Part shown: piece by piece, positions 27,430-37,047 of the stretch
How the letters are laid out: every line of letters starts with the position of its first letter
Position numbering within the stretch: position 1 is the stretch's first letter
DNA from: an uncultured Alphaproteobacteria bacterium
GTDB lineage: Bacteria; Pseudomonadota; Alphaproteobacteria; Rhizobiales; Devosiaceae
Length of the DNA: 64,000 nucleotides
Assembly (NCBI GenBank): GCA_963782875.1
Contig: CAWALD010000001.1
Span: 203,605 to 267,604 of the forward strand
Reading direction: 5' to 3'
Notes under the pieces: generated by a model
What the model was told of the DNA's origin: nothing
Database searches by the model: none
The model's input: the letters and a program-made list of their open reading frames with translations, nothing else
Made by a program: the position numbers and the translations under genes

Positions 27430-29171
27430 ATGATTACAAGATCAGTTCGTTCCTCTGAGAACGCCCAGGGTGTCGGCGATCGCCCGAACAGGTTCAGCTT
27501 GCGGCACCGGCTATTGCTGCTCACGGCCCTCGCTCTGCTCCCCGCCTTCGTGATCGTTCTGGCCAACCAGCTGAATTTTCGGTCGCTGCGTTCGGGCGAG
27601 GTCGATTCCTACGTGGTCAGGATGACCGATGTCGTGCGCAACGAGGTTACGCGGGGGCTATCGGTGGCGGGCGCACTCATGGTCTCCATGGGCCGAACGG
27701 CGATCGTTCTGCAGCACGACGCCGGGGCGTGTGAGGCGTATACGTCATTCGATCCAGCGGGATCTCGTCACCATTACCGATGTGGCCATAGCGGGCGTCG
27801 ACGGCAAAATCTACTGCCACACCGGTGGCTCGCAACTGGCCGGGCTGCAATCCGCCATCGATGACCTGGTCGCAAAGGACCCCAAGGGTCTGAGTGTTGG
27901 CACCTACACGCAAACGGCGCGGGGACCGGCCCTCCCCATCGGCATGGTATCGCGCGGGACGGACGGCAAGGCTCAGGCTTACATCGAGATTTTCGTCAAC
28001 ATGGACCAGCTCGTATCCGAGCTCACAACCGCAACGAAAGGTCTTGAGGACGCCAGAACGATCGTGGCCGACCGCAATGGCACCGTGTTGCTCGCCTTGC
28101 CCGCAGACATCGCGCAACAGGGGCAGCCGGTGCCGGCCCAATTGAGGAATTCGTCAACGCGGAGGGGCCTGGCTCGGTCCGACTCACCGGAAGCGACGGG
28201 TATCCCGAATAATAGGTTATCGGCCCGCGGGCGAGGGGCTCCCGCTCGCAACCATCTTTGCCCTTCCCGAGGCGCCACTGATGGCCCCGATCAACCGGGC
28301 GGGCGTAACCAATACTTTGATTGCTCTGGCAGGATCCGGTCTCGCCTTCCTCTCGCCTGGTTCATAGGAGAAAGGTTCATCCAGCGTCCCGTCGATGTAT
28401 CTGAACGAGACGCTGTCGGCACGGCGCTCGGGTGACGAGGAGGCCAGAACCGGCCTTGCCATGGACGCTTCGGAGTTCGGAAGGATCGGCACGACCGTCG
28501 ACGAATTGTTCGACGAGCTGGATCAGCGGGCCGAGTTGCAGCGCCGTGCGGAGGAGCAGCGCGACCTCTACGCCCGTGAGGTTCAGCATAGGGTGAAGAA
28601 CCTCCTCGCGATCATTCAGGTCATCGCCAGACAGACGCTGGCGCGGCCTGACGTTTCACCGGAAGTGCAGGCCTTTGAAGGCCGCATCAATGCGATCATC
28701 GCCACGAACGCGCATTTATTGAAGCAGGACGATCATTCCGCAGTGCTGGAGGATCTGGTTCGCGACGCCATCTCGCCTTTCATTGGCGGCAACAGCGAGC
28801 TCGTGACCGCCCAAGGCCCAACGATCGGACTGCGTCCCAAGGCGGCATCGGCGCTCGGGATGGCACTGCACGAACTGGCGACGAATGCGGTCAAGTATGG
28901 GGCGCTATCCACGCCGGAAGGCCGCATCTCCGTGGACTGGCGGGCAGGGGACACCACGTTCGAGATGGACTGGGTCGAACAGGGCGGCCCTCCGGCCGTG
29001 GAACCGGAGCAGACCGGCTTTGGCACGGTTCTGATCTGCCGAGTCTTGCAGGCGGAAACGGGCGGCACCGTGTCGATGGAATTCGGCGATCATGGCTTTG
29101 CGTTTCATCTGATCGCGCCGCTCGAAAATCTGGGAGCGCAGATCGATGAGCCGGCCTCGCCGCAGGCTTGA
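27430..29171 (+). pseudogene. HWE-family sensor histidine kinase with periplasmic sensor domain, about five frameshifts
   Basis: TM1 (LLLLTALALLPAFVIVLA), the sensor domain, TM2 (TNTLIALAGSGLAFL) and the kinase core (HRVKNLLAI, HELATNAVKYGA, DWVEQGGP, GFG) sit in alternating frames. The switches are near 27745, 28140, 28205, 28355 and 28395. The locus is 1742 nt. Confidence 0.75.
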
Positions 29172-29799
29172 GCGCCAGGACACCGGACGGCATGGCAGGG
29201 ACGTCGGTGCGTCTGCGTTGGCGTTGCGGTATTGCTCGCCTTAGCTCGAGACGGGTGGTGCGGAGCTAAGGGACGACAAACTTGATCCCGCCCCCCTTGT
29301 CCTCGTTTATACTTCACCCATCGGTTTGCATCAGCGGGTTGTGTACACGAGCATGACGCAAACCGGCCGGTGAAGGGCGCGGGTCGCCGCGTCCTCGGCC
29401 GAATCCAGGGCCGCTCTTTTCACCTCGACCGGAAGCGCGCGGCTGACCAAAGAGCGTTCCGGCCCCTGTTCGCCGGGCCATGTCGGGTGACTCTGCGGAC
29501 GTCGGTAACGGGCGGCGCGGCCAGCTCCCTGGTTCGTCCATCTTCCTTGGGTTTCGACACCGAAATCCCGCTCAATCCTGCGGCAACTGCCAGCGAGCTG
29601 GACTTTGGCATGGACCAGGCGCGGCCGAAGACGCCGACGAACGTTTTCGCCACGTAGGGCATAGGCGCGCCAGCCGGCCGGCGCGAGGCAAAAAAGAGCA
29701 GCGCCGTTATGCCCGGAGCGATGCGCGGCTTGAGACAAAACAGACTGGCGGTGCGGACCCGTGAGGCAGACAGACAAGCGGTGTGCGGCGTGAACAAAG

Positions 29800-29833
29800 G
29801 AAAGAATTAAAAGGGCCGCCTTGCGGCGGCCCC
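29800..29833 (-). terminator. rho-independent terminator
   Basis: The minus strand reads GGGCCGCC-GCAA-GGCGGCCC followed by TTTTAATTCTTT. Confidence 0.7.
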
Positions 29834-29895
29834 CATGAGATCAGGTCACGCAGGACCCGGGCGAACTCGAACATTCACCCTTGAGGAGGTGGGCT

Positions 29896-29970
29896 TTAAT
29901 ACGAGGGCTGCCTCGCAATACTCACCGCACTTCCAAGGTCCCTTACGAGCACCTTCAGCTCATTAGACAT
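29896..29970 (-). CDS. candidate 24-codon small ORF (MSNELKVLVRDLGSAVSIARQPSY)
   Basis: The ATG is preceded by GGAAGGAGGTGATCCA (perfect extended SD). The stop is followed by an anti-SD-like CACCTCCTC and then the terminator at 29800-29833. No homology is recognised. Confidence 0.35.
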   Translation of the reverse strand: MSNELKVLVRDLGSAVSIARQPSY

Positions 29971-30158
29971 TGGATCACCTCCTTCCGAAATGTTGACGAT
30001 GAAAGGATCATGCCCCGATTTGAGCCCAGGCGCAACCAGCCTCTTTCCAAGGTTCCACAGGTCTTGCTTGGACGGTTTTCAGGTAATTTGGACCAAACAA
30101 GTTTGCATTAACGTTCTTTGGCTACATTTCTCCGGTTCCACAATGTATTAGGAGTCCT

Positions 30159-31298
30159 GTGGTGGCGGCTGCAGAAAAGCAAAACATCCCTTCGCTGGAC
30201 GATATGAAGGCGTGGGCCAAGGACCAGAGTGGAAAGAACTGGGAACGTCTGCTCAGTGGTCTGACCGACATTTTCCTCTCTGATTCCGAGGCAAATGCCT
30301 CCCGCTACGGCGATGATTATGCGGACATTGTCTGCCGCTTGCTCGAGCAGGTCGACGAAGAGGGGCGCATGGAACTCGCCCAGCGCATTTCCGAGGAAGT
30401 CCACTATCCCGGCAGGGTGGTGCTTCGTCTGGCAAAGGACGAGCACGCCGTCGCCGCGCCCGTTCTGGAAAAATCGCCGGTTCTCAAGGATGCCGATCTG
30501 CTCGATGTGATCGGCGCCAAGACGTCCGAGCACTCGCTCTCGATCTCCCGGCGCAAGCAACTCGGCCATAAGATCACCGACCTTCTGGTGGCGCATGGCG
30601 ACCCCGAGATCGTGCGCTCCATGGCGGCCAATCCCGGTGCCTCCTTCTCCGACAAGACATACCGTCTCGTCGCCGAGAAGGCTAAATCCGACCCGCTCCT
30701 GCAGGAAAGGCTGGTAGGGCGGGCCGACCTGACCCAGGCTTTGGCCGTGCAGATCGCGCCCTTCTTGTCCGAGGAATTGCGCGGCAAGCTTCAGGCTGCA
30801 CAGTCGGGTGGACCCATCAATGCCGCCGGCAAGCGCCAGGGTCCGAGCCTGCTCGACAGCCTCGATGAAATCGCCAAGGAAACCGGCTCCAAGAAGAATC
30901 CGGTCGCGGCGAAGAAGCCTGCCGCCCCCTCTGCTGAGCCGCTGGAGGTCAATTCGCGTCTCGACAAGATCGCCCGCCAGATGGCCGAGGCGGATCAGTC
31001 GGGTGCCCTGTGTATCGCGCTCAAGGATGCCGGTCGGGTGTCCGAGGACATGGTCTCCAAGGCGCTGTTCAACCGCAATGGTCGCCCGATTTCGGTTCTC
31101 TGCCGCGCCTTGAAGCTGAGCTCGCCGACCTTCGAGGCGATTGCCCGCATGCGCGCCAACACGCTCGGTCAGTCGATGAAGGATGTCGCAACGCTGGTCA
31201 AAGCCTACGAAGCCATTCCGGCCGCCGAAGCGGATACGACCATCAAGAAGCTCCAGGCGATGAGCCAGGTCGGTTCCAAGCCCGGCGGCGACGCATAA
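30159..31298 (+). CDS. DUF2336-like conserved alphaproteobacterial protein (helical repeat)
   Basis: 379-aa helical protein with GTG start behind AGGAG. The family assignment is from memory of similar Rhizobiales proteins. Confidence 0.6.
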   Translation: MVAAAEKQNIPSLDDMKAWAKDQSGKNWERLLSGLTDIFLSDSEANASRYGDDYADIVCRLLEQVDEEGRMELAQRISEEVHYPGRVVLRLAKDEHAVAAPVLEKSPVLKDADLLDVIGAKTSEHSLSISRRKQLGHKITDLLVAHGDPEIVRSMAANPGASFSDKTYRLVAEKAKSDPLLQERLVGRADLTQALAVQIAPFLSEELRGKLQAAQSGGPINAAGKRQGPSLLDSLDEIAKETGSKKNPVAAKKPAAPSAEPLEVNSRLDKIARQMAEADQSGALCIALKDAGRVSEDMVSKALFNRNGRPISVLCRALKLSSPTFEAIARMRANTLGQSMKDVATLVKAYEAIPAAEADTTIKKLQAMSQVGSKPGGDA

Positions 31299-31320
31299 GG
31301 TTCATCGCCACCGGGACGAT

Positions 31321-32079
31321 TCAGCCGCGCCCGATATAGGGCATGTTGGTTGCCATCACCGTCATGGTTTGCACATTCGCATCGAGCGGCAGGCCGGCCA
31401 TGAACAGCACCGCCTCAACCACATGCTGGACATTGAAGACCGGCTCGGGTTTCACCGACCCGTCTGCCTGCAGCATGCCGGTCTGCATTTTGGCTGTCAT
31501 GTCGGTGCCGGCATTGCCGATGTCGATTTGCCCGCAGGCGATGGAGTAGGGGCGTCCATCCAGAGAGATGGATTTCGTCAACCCAGTGATAGCGTGCTTG
31601 GTGGCATTATAGGCAACCGCATGCGGGCGCGGCGTGTAGGCAGAGATCGACCCGTTGTTGATGATGCGTCCGCCTTGCGGATCCTGGTCCCGCATCATGC
31701 GAAACGCCCGCTTGGCCACATAGAACGCACCGTTGAGGTTCGTGGCCACCACCGAATCCCACAGATCATCCGCGATATCGCCGACTTCGGCGGCCGGTGC
31801 GCTTCGCCCGGCATTGTTGAAGACGACGTCGATTCTGCCGAACCGTTCCCTGATGGCTGAAAAGAAATCCTCGACGGACCCGGCATCGCTAACATCGCAG
31901 GGATGACCAAGCACCTCGTCTCCCCCGCACATCTTGACGGTTTCGGCCACTGCCGATTCTCTTCTGCCGCAAAACGCCACCTTGTAGCCGGCCTTCGCGA
32001 ATCCCACGGCCGCTGCCCGTCCGATTCCCGAAGTCGCGCCCGTGACCACCGCCACCGATCCGCTCTTGTTCACTGTCAT
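31321..32079 (-). CDS. SDR family oxidoreductase
   Basis: ORF 31321..32175 trimmed to [24 protein letters not shown]. Contains YNATKHA. Confidence 0.85.
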   Translation of the reverse strand: MTVNKSGSVAVVTGATSGIGRAAAVGFAKAGYKVAFCGRRESAVAETVKMCGGDEVLGHPCDVSDAGSVEDFFSAIRERFGRIDVVFNNAGRSAPAAEVGDIADDLWDSVVATNLNGAFYVAKRAFRMMRDQDPQGGRIINNGSISAYTPRPHAVAYNATKHAITGLTKSISLDGRPYSIACGQIDIGNAGTDMTAKMQTGMLQADGSVKPEPVFNVQHVVEAVLFMAGLPLDANVQTMTVMATNMPYIGRG

Positions 32080-32461
32080 CCTCCCAAAGCGCACGCTCGC
32101 TAGAACCCGATTCTGCGACCAACACCTGATCCCAGAAGCTTCATCACCTCGCCAATAGCAGCAAAACCCCGCCAATTCCGGGTGTTTCTTAAGTGCTGTT
32201 TACCAAGGTTAACAGATCGTTTCTATCTGTGTGCTGAATCTGCAACATTCCCTCAACAACCATGGTGAAAGCTCTTGGAAACCCTGCTGCGCCAGTTGCT
32301 TCGGGGGCGGGGATGACTAGAGTGCTTATTGCGAATCCATGCATGGGATCGTTTGTCGGTCGCGGCGCGACGGCAAAACACGACACGACAAGTGTGGTCG
32401 CGCTTCGACAAACCAACCGGACAGCAATCCGGTTCCTAAAGACTGACTTTGGAGGTCAACA

Positions 32462-33859
32462 ATGAAACTCAAGAGCCTTTTTCTGGGTTCTGTTGCAGCG
32501 GCCGGTCTCTCGACCGGTGCCTTCGCTGCTGACCTGAATGTCCTGACGTCGCTCGACGTTTGCGACCTTCTGGGTATGTCGGGTCTGACGATTTCGTCCG
32601 ACACGAACTGCCTCGCCATCACCGGCAAGGTGAACTACCGCATCGAGTGGGGCGACTACAACGGCTCCGCTTTCACGGTGAACTTCGGGTCATGACACCT
32701 ACACCGTGCCGAACAACGACTACGGCTGCAACGACCGACGCCAATATGGACTGGGACTCCGAAATGGATGCCTTCATCCAGTTCGTGGCCGCGTCCAAGT
32801 CCGACTTCGGTACCGCTCAGGCCGTGATCAAGTTCGATTACGACTATGACAGCGACTACAACAACGAAGCTATTGGCTGCTGGCGGTAACACCGCTTCGC
32901 AGAGCGCAGGCCTGCGTATCGAAAATGCCTATGTGCAGGTTGGCGACCAGACCGTCCTCATGGTTGGTCAGAAGGGCTCGATCTTCAAGAATGGCGACGA
33001 TGCTCCGCTGAACTTCCTCGGCCTGTTCAACTCCGAAGGTGTTGACGTCGGTGTCGATACCCCGATCAGCGACTTCTATGACGGCGGCCCGTCCGCTGCC
33101 ATTCAGGTCGTCTCCGATCTGGGCAACGGCCTGTCGGTCGGTGTCGGTGCCGAGAACCTCGACAGCGCCCTCGGCGCTGGCCTCGGCGCGGCAACACCGA
33201 TACCGCTGGTTCGGCTGCGTCCGGTTCGCTGGTCGGTGTTGTGGCCTATGCCGGCGACAATATCGCTGCTCACTTGAGCGTCAGTCGGTGGCGGCTTCCT
33301 GGATGGCAACATCGAAGATTGGGCCATGCATGCCGGCTTCTCCGGTACCTTCGACATGGTGCAGTTCGTTGCCGCTCTGGCCTATGACGACAACAACTAC
33401 CTGGATGCCCTGGCTTCGGCGAAGGCGACCTTCGACATCTTCACCCTGGCGGGTTCGGTCGAATACGTTGATCCGAGCACCTCTGTCGCCAACAACGAGC
33501 AGCTGGGCTTCGGCGCTTCTGCTGGTGCGGGCGTCACCGATGGCGTGACTGTCAATGTCGGCTTCCGTTATTACGACGACAATACGTCGACCGCGAATAA
33601 CGGAATCCTGGCAGACGGCTGTCCAGCTGGTTGCGGCTCTGACCGAGACCATGACGGTCACCGGCGAACTGGGCTACTTCAGCACCAACAAGCCGCTCGG
33701 TGGCGACCGGTACGGCGCGTCACCGACACGGACACCATCTACGGTGCTGTGGAACTGGCCTGGGCTCCTGGCGGCGACTTCTCTTCGTCGGCCAAGGTCG
33801 AAGTCTACGACGACGGTGCCTACAAGACCACGTTCAAGGCTGCCAAGACCTTCCAGTAA
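32462..33859 (+). pseudogene. Rhizobiales-type outer-membrane porin (Omp2b/RopA-like), about seven frameshifts
   Basis: Signal peptide MKLKSLFLGSVAAAGLSTGAFA and C-terminal ...YKTTFKAAKTFQ. Beta-strand-rich segments alternate among all three frames (ORFs 32462..32695, 32560..32889, 32846..33277, 33326..33859, 33555..33953 plus unlisted pieces). GGAGG SD and the terminator are retained. Confidence 0.75.
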
Positions 33860-33886
33860 GCTCCGGCTTGCATCTGGAACAATCGG

Positions 33887-33913
33887 AAAGGCCCGGCTTT
33901 GCCGGGCCTTTCT
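33887..33913 (+). terminator. rho-independent terminator after the porin locus
   Basis: GGCCCGGC-TTT-GCCGGGCC followed by TTTCT. Confidence 0.75.
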
Positions 33914-34027
33914 GCATTCAAGAGGCAAGTTGCAGGTGATAGTCCAATGCTGATGTTGGCGGCCCTCCGCACCGGGTTATAATCGCGGGCAGGTGCATTA
34001 GAGTCGCCGCCCCGCCCATTCCATTGG

Positions 34028-36448
34028 ATGATGTTTCCCTTGAGCCCAGAATTCCGCCGTCTCACGCTTGCCCTCATGCTTTCAAGCTCGATTGTTGCCT
34101 CGCCTGCTCTTGCAGATGGCGGGCAGCGCTCGTTCGCCATTTCGCCCGCGGTGGTTGAAGGGGCCACTCCGGTCCTGCTCGTGGCGCAGAACGATGTCGC
34201 CGCCGATTATTCCTGGTCCGCGCGCAAGGCGGAAACCGGCGCCGTTACCATCTCGGGCGAAGTGCCGTCATTGCAGGCGGGCAAGTCTTTACGGGGCGCG
34301 GCCGGCGACAATGTTGTCGATATCGCCAGCGTACGTGCTGGCGCACCTTCTGATTTCGAGCAAATGGCTGAGGCCGGGCTTGCAGTTCTCCAGCATCTGC
34401 AATCTGGCGAGGTCAACTTCTCCAACGGCGCCTGGCATCTCACCGGAACCACGACCGATCCGGAGGCCGCACGACTGGCAAAAGCAGCCATGCGCCAGAA
34501 TGATATCGCCGCACCGGCCTGGCAGCTCGAAATTGCGATGCCGAAAGTGTCCGAGGAGACAGCGCCTCAGCCATCTACAAAGACGGCGCCGAAGCCTGCT
34601 GAAACAGAGGCGGAAGCTGGTGCCAAATCAGTTGGCACAATCTCGGCAAAAGAAAAATCGGACAAGGCCGCAACGAACGCTGAGAAGCCGGTAGCCGTCG
34701 CCGCGCCTGAGCTGCCGAAGGTCGAAGCATACGAATGGTCGGCTGAAAAGGCTGAGGATGGCGCGGTCAGGTTCCATGGATATGTGCCGGCCCGGGCACT
34801 TCAGAAATATCAGGAAATACGCGCCGGTAAGTCCGGCACCGATGATACGAAACTGGCGAAGGGCGCGCCTGAAGACTTTGTCCCGCATGTCATGGCGGCT
34901 CTCGATATTCTCGACCAATTGGCGGAAGGAAAGGTCACGTTCGGCGCCCGAAAATGGAACGCCGTGGGTGTCGCCAAATCCGCTGAAGCCAGATCAGCGG
35001 CCCAAGCGGTTATCGGCGCTGACGATGCCTGGACAGCGAGCATCGCTTTGCCGCCGCCGCCCGTTGTTTCTCCATATACCTGGGCAGTTCAAAAAACCGG
35101 GAAGGGTCAGCTGTCCCTGACGGGATTTGTGCCGACCCCACAGCTCCAGCGCTACCTTGAAGCGCGCGTCGGAGGCGGTGCGGCTGACGAGACGAAAGTG
35201 GCTGCGGGCGCGCCCGATGGCTTTATCAGCGATTCCATTGCGGCCATCGACGCTTTGGCCGAGCTCGAAAACGGCACCGCGAATTTCGACGGCTCCATAT
35301 GGCGCCTGACGGGCAGGGCGAAGTCGGCCTTGGCCGCAGATTCGGCCAAGGCTCTGTTGGAAAAGGCCGATACACCAGCGTCCAAATGGAAGGTCGCGAT
35401 CGCCGCGCCCCCTGCGGCGCCGGTCCTGAAACCCGAACAACAACAGGATACGCCGCCGGAGACGGCTCCCGCTGTGTCCGCCACGGGGCAAAACCCTCAG
35501 ACGAACGAAAGTGCCCAGCCCGCCATTGCCGCCCCGGCGATAGAACAGGAGGCCCTAGCCCCTGCGTCTGACAACGATATGGGCACCGAGGCCGGAGCGG
35601 CGGACACGTCCTCCGACGGGGCGGCGCAGATCGGAAAGCAACCTGAAGAGTCCGCAGCCGCCTCGAAAGCGGCTCCAGCATCAGGACCGGCAGAGCCCGA
35701 GCAGCAGGCGGTTGTGCGGGATTACCCGTTCGTGGCCACGCTCGCACGTGGCGGTAAGCCCGTCCTCTCGGGAGCTGCGCCGACTGGTCCGGCGGCCCGC
35801 TATCTCGCCGTTGTTGCGACCGGGGACGCCGCGAATGCGCTTGGCATCCGCCCGGATGCACCGCCGCACTTCATCACCGACGCGACATCGGGCCTCGAGG
35901 CGCTGAGGACGATGGAACAAGGCGAGCTGCGGTATGGTGACGGAATTTGGACCCTGACCGGTACCGTTCATGACGAAGCGACGCGCAAACAGATCGAAGC
36001 GCAGGTCGCGGCACTGCCCGATGCCGCCCAGTGGCGCGTCGAGGTGAACAGTCCGGCGCCGCTCGACATCTGTCGAAACCACGTTGAGCAACTCGCCGGC
36101 CGCAATGCCATCCTCTTCAACTCCGGCAGCGACCGCCTCACTGAAGGCTCACGATCGGCGATCGACGAACTGGCGACCTATCTGCAGGAATGCCCGACTG
36201 CCACGGTAGAGGTCGAAGGTCACACCGATTCCGACGGGGACGCGGCGTCCAACATGGCATTGTCGGTCGCCCGGGCGGAAGCCGTCAGGGATGCGCTTGT
36301 CGAGCGGGGGGTGAACGCACAGCGCCTTTATGCTGTCGGCTACGGTGAAAGCCTGCCCATTGCCAGCAACGATACCCGCGAAGGCAAGCAGCGTAACCGC
36401 CGGATCGCATTCAAGATCCTCGAACATCCGGAGGATTTGCAGCAATGA
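34028..36448 (+). CDS. large OmpA-family protein with four N-terminal repeat domains
   Basis: Signal peptide, then four divergent modules of about 110-130 aa. The C-terminal OmpA/MotB peptidoglycan-binding domain reads NSGSDRLT...VEGHTDSDGDAASNMALSVARAEAV...NRRIAF. Confidence 0.85.
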   Translation: MMFPLSPEFRRLTLALMLSSSIVASPALADGGQRSFAISPAVVEGATPVLLVAQNDVAADYSWSARKAETGAVTISGEVPSLQAGKSLRGAAGDNVVDIASVRAGAPSDFEQMAEAGLAVLQHLQSGEVNFSNGAWHLTGTTTDPEAARLAKAAMRQNDIAAPAWQLEIAMPKVSEETAPQPSTKTAPKPAETEAEAGAKSVGTISAKEKSDKAATNAEKPVAVAAPELPKVEAYEWSAEKAEDGAVRFHGYVPARALQKYQEIRAGKSGTDDTKLAKGAPEDFVPHVMAALDILDQLAEGKVTFGARKWNAVGVAKSAEARSAAQAVIGADDAWTASIALPPPPVVSPYTWAVQKTGKGQLSLTGFVPTPQLQRYLEARVGGGAADETKVAAGAPDGFISDSIAAIDALAELENGTANFDGSIWRLTGRAKSALAADSAKALLEKADTPASKWKVAIAAPPAAPVLKPEQQQDTPPETAPAVSATGQNPQTNESAQPAIAAPAIEQEALAPASDNDMGTEAGAADTSSDGAAQIGKQPEESAAASKAAPASGPAEPEQQAVVRDYPFVATLARGGKPVLSGAAPTGPAARYLAVVATGDAANALGIRPDAPPHFITDATSGLEALRTMEQGELRYGDGIWTLTGTVHDEATRKQIEAQVAALPDAAQWRVEVNSPAPLDICRNHVEQLAGRNAILFNSGSDRLTEGSRSAIDELATYLQECPTATVEVEGHTDSDGDAASNMALSVARAEAVRDALVERGVNAQRLYAVGYGESLPIASNDTREGKQRNRRIAFKILEHPEDLQQ
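34208..36070 (+). repeat. four tandem protein-level repeats inside the OmpA-family gene
   Basis: The modules begin YSWSARKAETGAVTISGEVP (34208), YEWSAEKAEDGAVRFHGYVP (34730), YTWAVQKTGKGQLSLTGFVP (35075) and YPFVATLARGGKPVLSGAAP (35723). Each has a GAP.DF ... G.W.LTG core. They are separated by Pro/Ala/Glu-rich linkers. Confidence 0.7.
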
Positions 36449-36579
36449 CGCTGGTGATGGATGCAGCGCTGGAAATCTGGCGCGGTTTCTGGCCATTCCT
36501 GCTGGCGGCGCTGATCCTCGGCGCTGCCGCTGGCTGGCTCTCCGCAGAACCAGAACGGCGGGAGAGCGAGCGGCCATGA
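36445..36579 (+). CDS. small membrane protein (44 aa), translationally coupled to ompA-family gene
   Basis: ATGA overlap with the ompA-family stop. MTLVMDAALEIWRGFWPFLLAALILGAAAGWL forms one TM helix. Too short for the ORF track. Confidence 0.4.
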   Translation: MTLVMDAALEIWRGFWPFLLAALILGAAAGWLSAEPERRESERP

Positions 36580-37029
36580 TCGGGACCGTTCCAAGCGTCG
36601 CACTCGCCCTGGCGCTCATCGCATGCTTCGTCTATCGGCGGCGGTATCGGCTATGCGCTGCGGCGCGCGCTGGACAAAGGGCAGGGGAGAGCACGCCAGA
36701 ATACGGCAAAGCCTGCTGCGCAGCCGGTGCCGAAACCTGTTGCAGCGGTAGATATGGCCACTTCCGAGCCGGAGTTTGCCGCCGCTGAAACTCTGCCGCC
36801 TGCTCAATCCACTTCATCACTCGATCGCGACAATTTGCGTCTGATCAAGGGGTTGGGGCCGCGAGCCGAAGCGCTGCTTCACAGCTTCGGCATCTACACC
36901 TTCGGACAGATCGCCCAGTGGGACGATCAGGCGATCTCCTGGATGGAGAACAAACTCGGAAGCCGCGGACGCATCGAGCGGGAGAATTGGGTGGCGCAGG
37001 CCAAAGAACTGGATGCCGCCAGGTCGTGA
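36576..37029 (+). pseudogene. membrane-anchored protein with C-terminal helix-hairpin-helix-like domain (NuoE-C-terminal/COG3743-like), apparent frameshift
   Basis: MIGTVPSVALALALIACFV (ATGA-coupled start) lies in one frame. The continuation GGGIGYALRRALDKGQ...LIKGLGPRAEALLHSFGIYTFGQIAQWD...GRIERENWVAQAKEL lies in the frame of ORF 36727..37029. The switch is near 36625-36640. The locus is 454 nt. Confidence 0.55.
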
Positions 37030-37047
37030 TCGATGAGCGTGGGCCCG

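Noticed and set aside
29972-29985. Exact copy of the 16S rRNA 3' end (GGATCACCTCCTT) on the plus strand.
   Set aside because: There is no rRNA-like flanking sequence. On the minus strand it is simply a perfect Shine-Dalgarno for the 24-codon sORF.
30030-30056. GGAAC upstream of the 24-codon sORF as a possible EcfG promoter.
   Set aside because: The nearest GTT is at the wrong spacing (about N14-15) and lacks the C of CGTT.
30090-30115. GGACC-N17-CGTT upstream of the DUF2336 gene, resembling an EcfG promoter.
   Set aside because: It has one mismatch in the -35 element (GGACC rather than GGAAC). It is plausible, but not at the standard of the three exact sites, so it is not listed as a feature.
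36577-36579. In-frame TGA as a selenocysteine or programmed read-through site.
   Set aside because: No SECIS-like hairpin is evident. The downstream 50 nt translate better in another frame. The ATGA stop/start overlap is the ordinary coupling signal.
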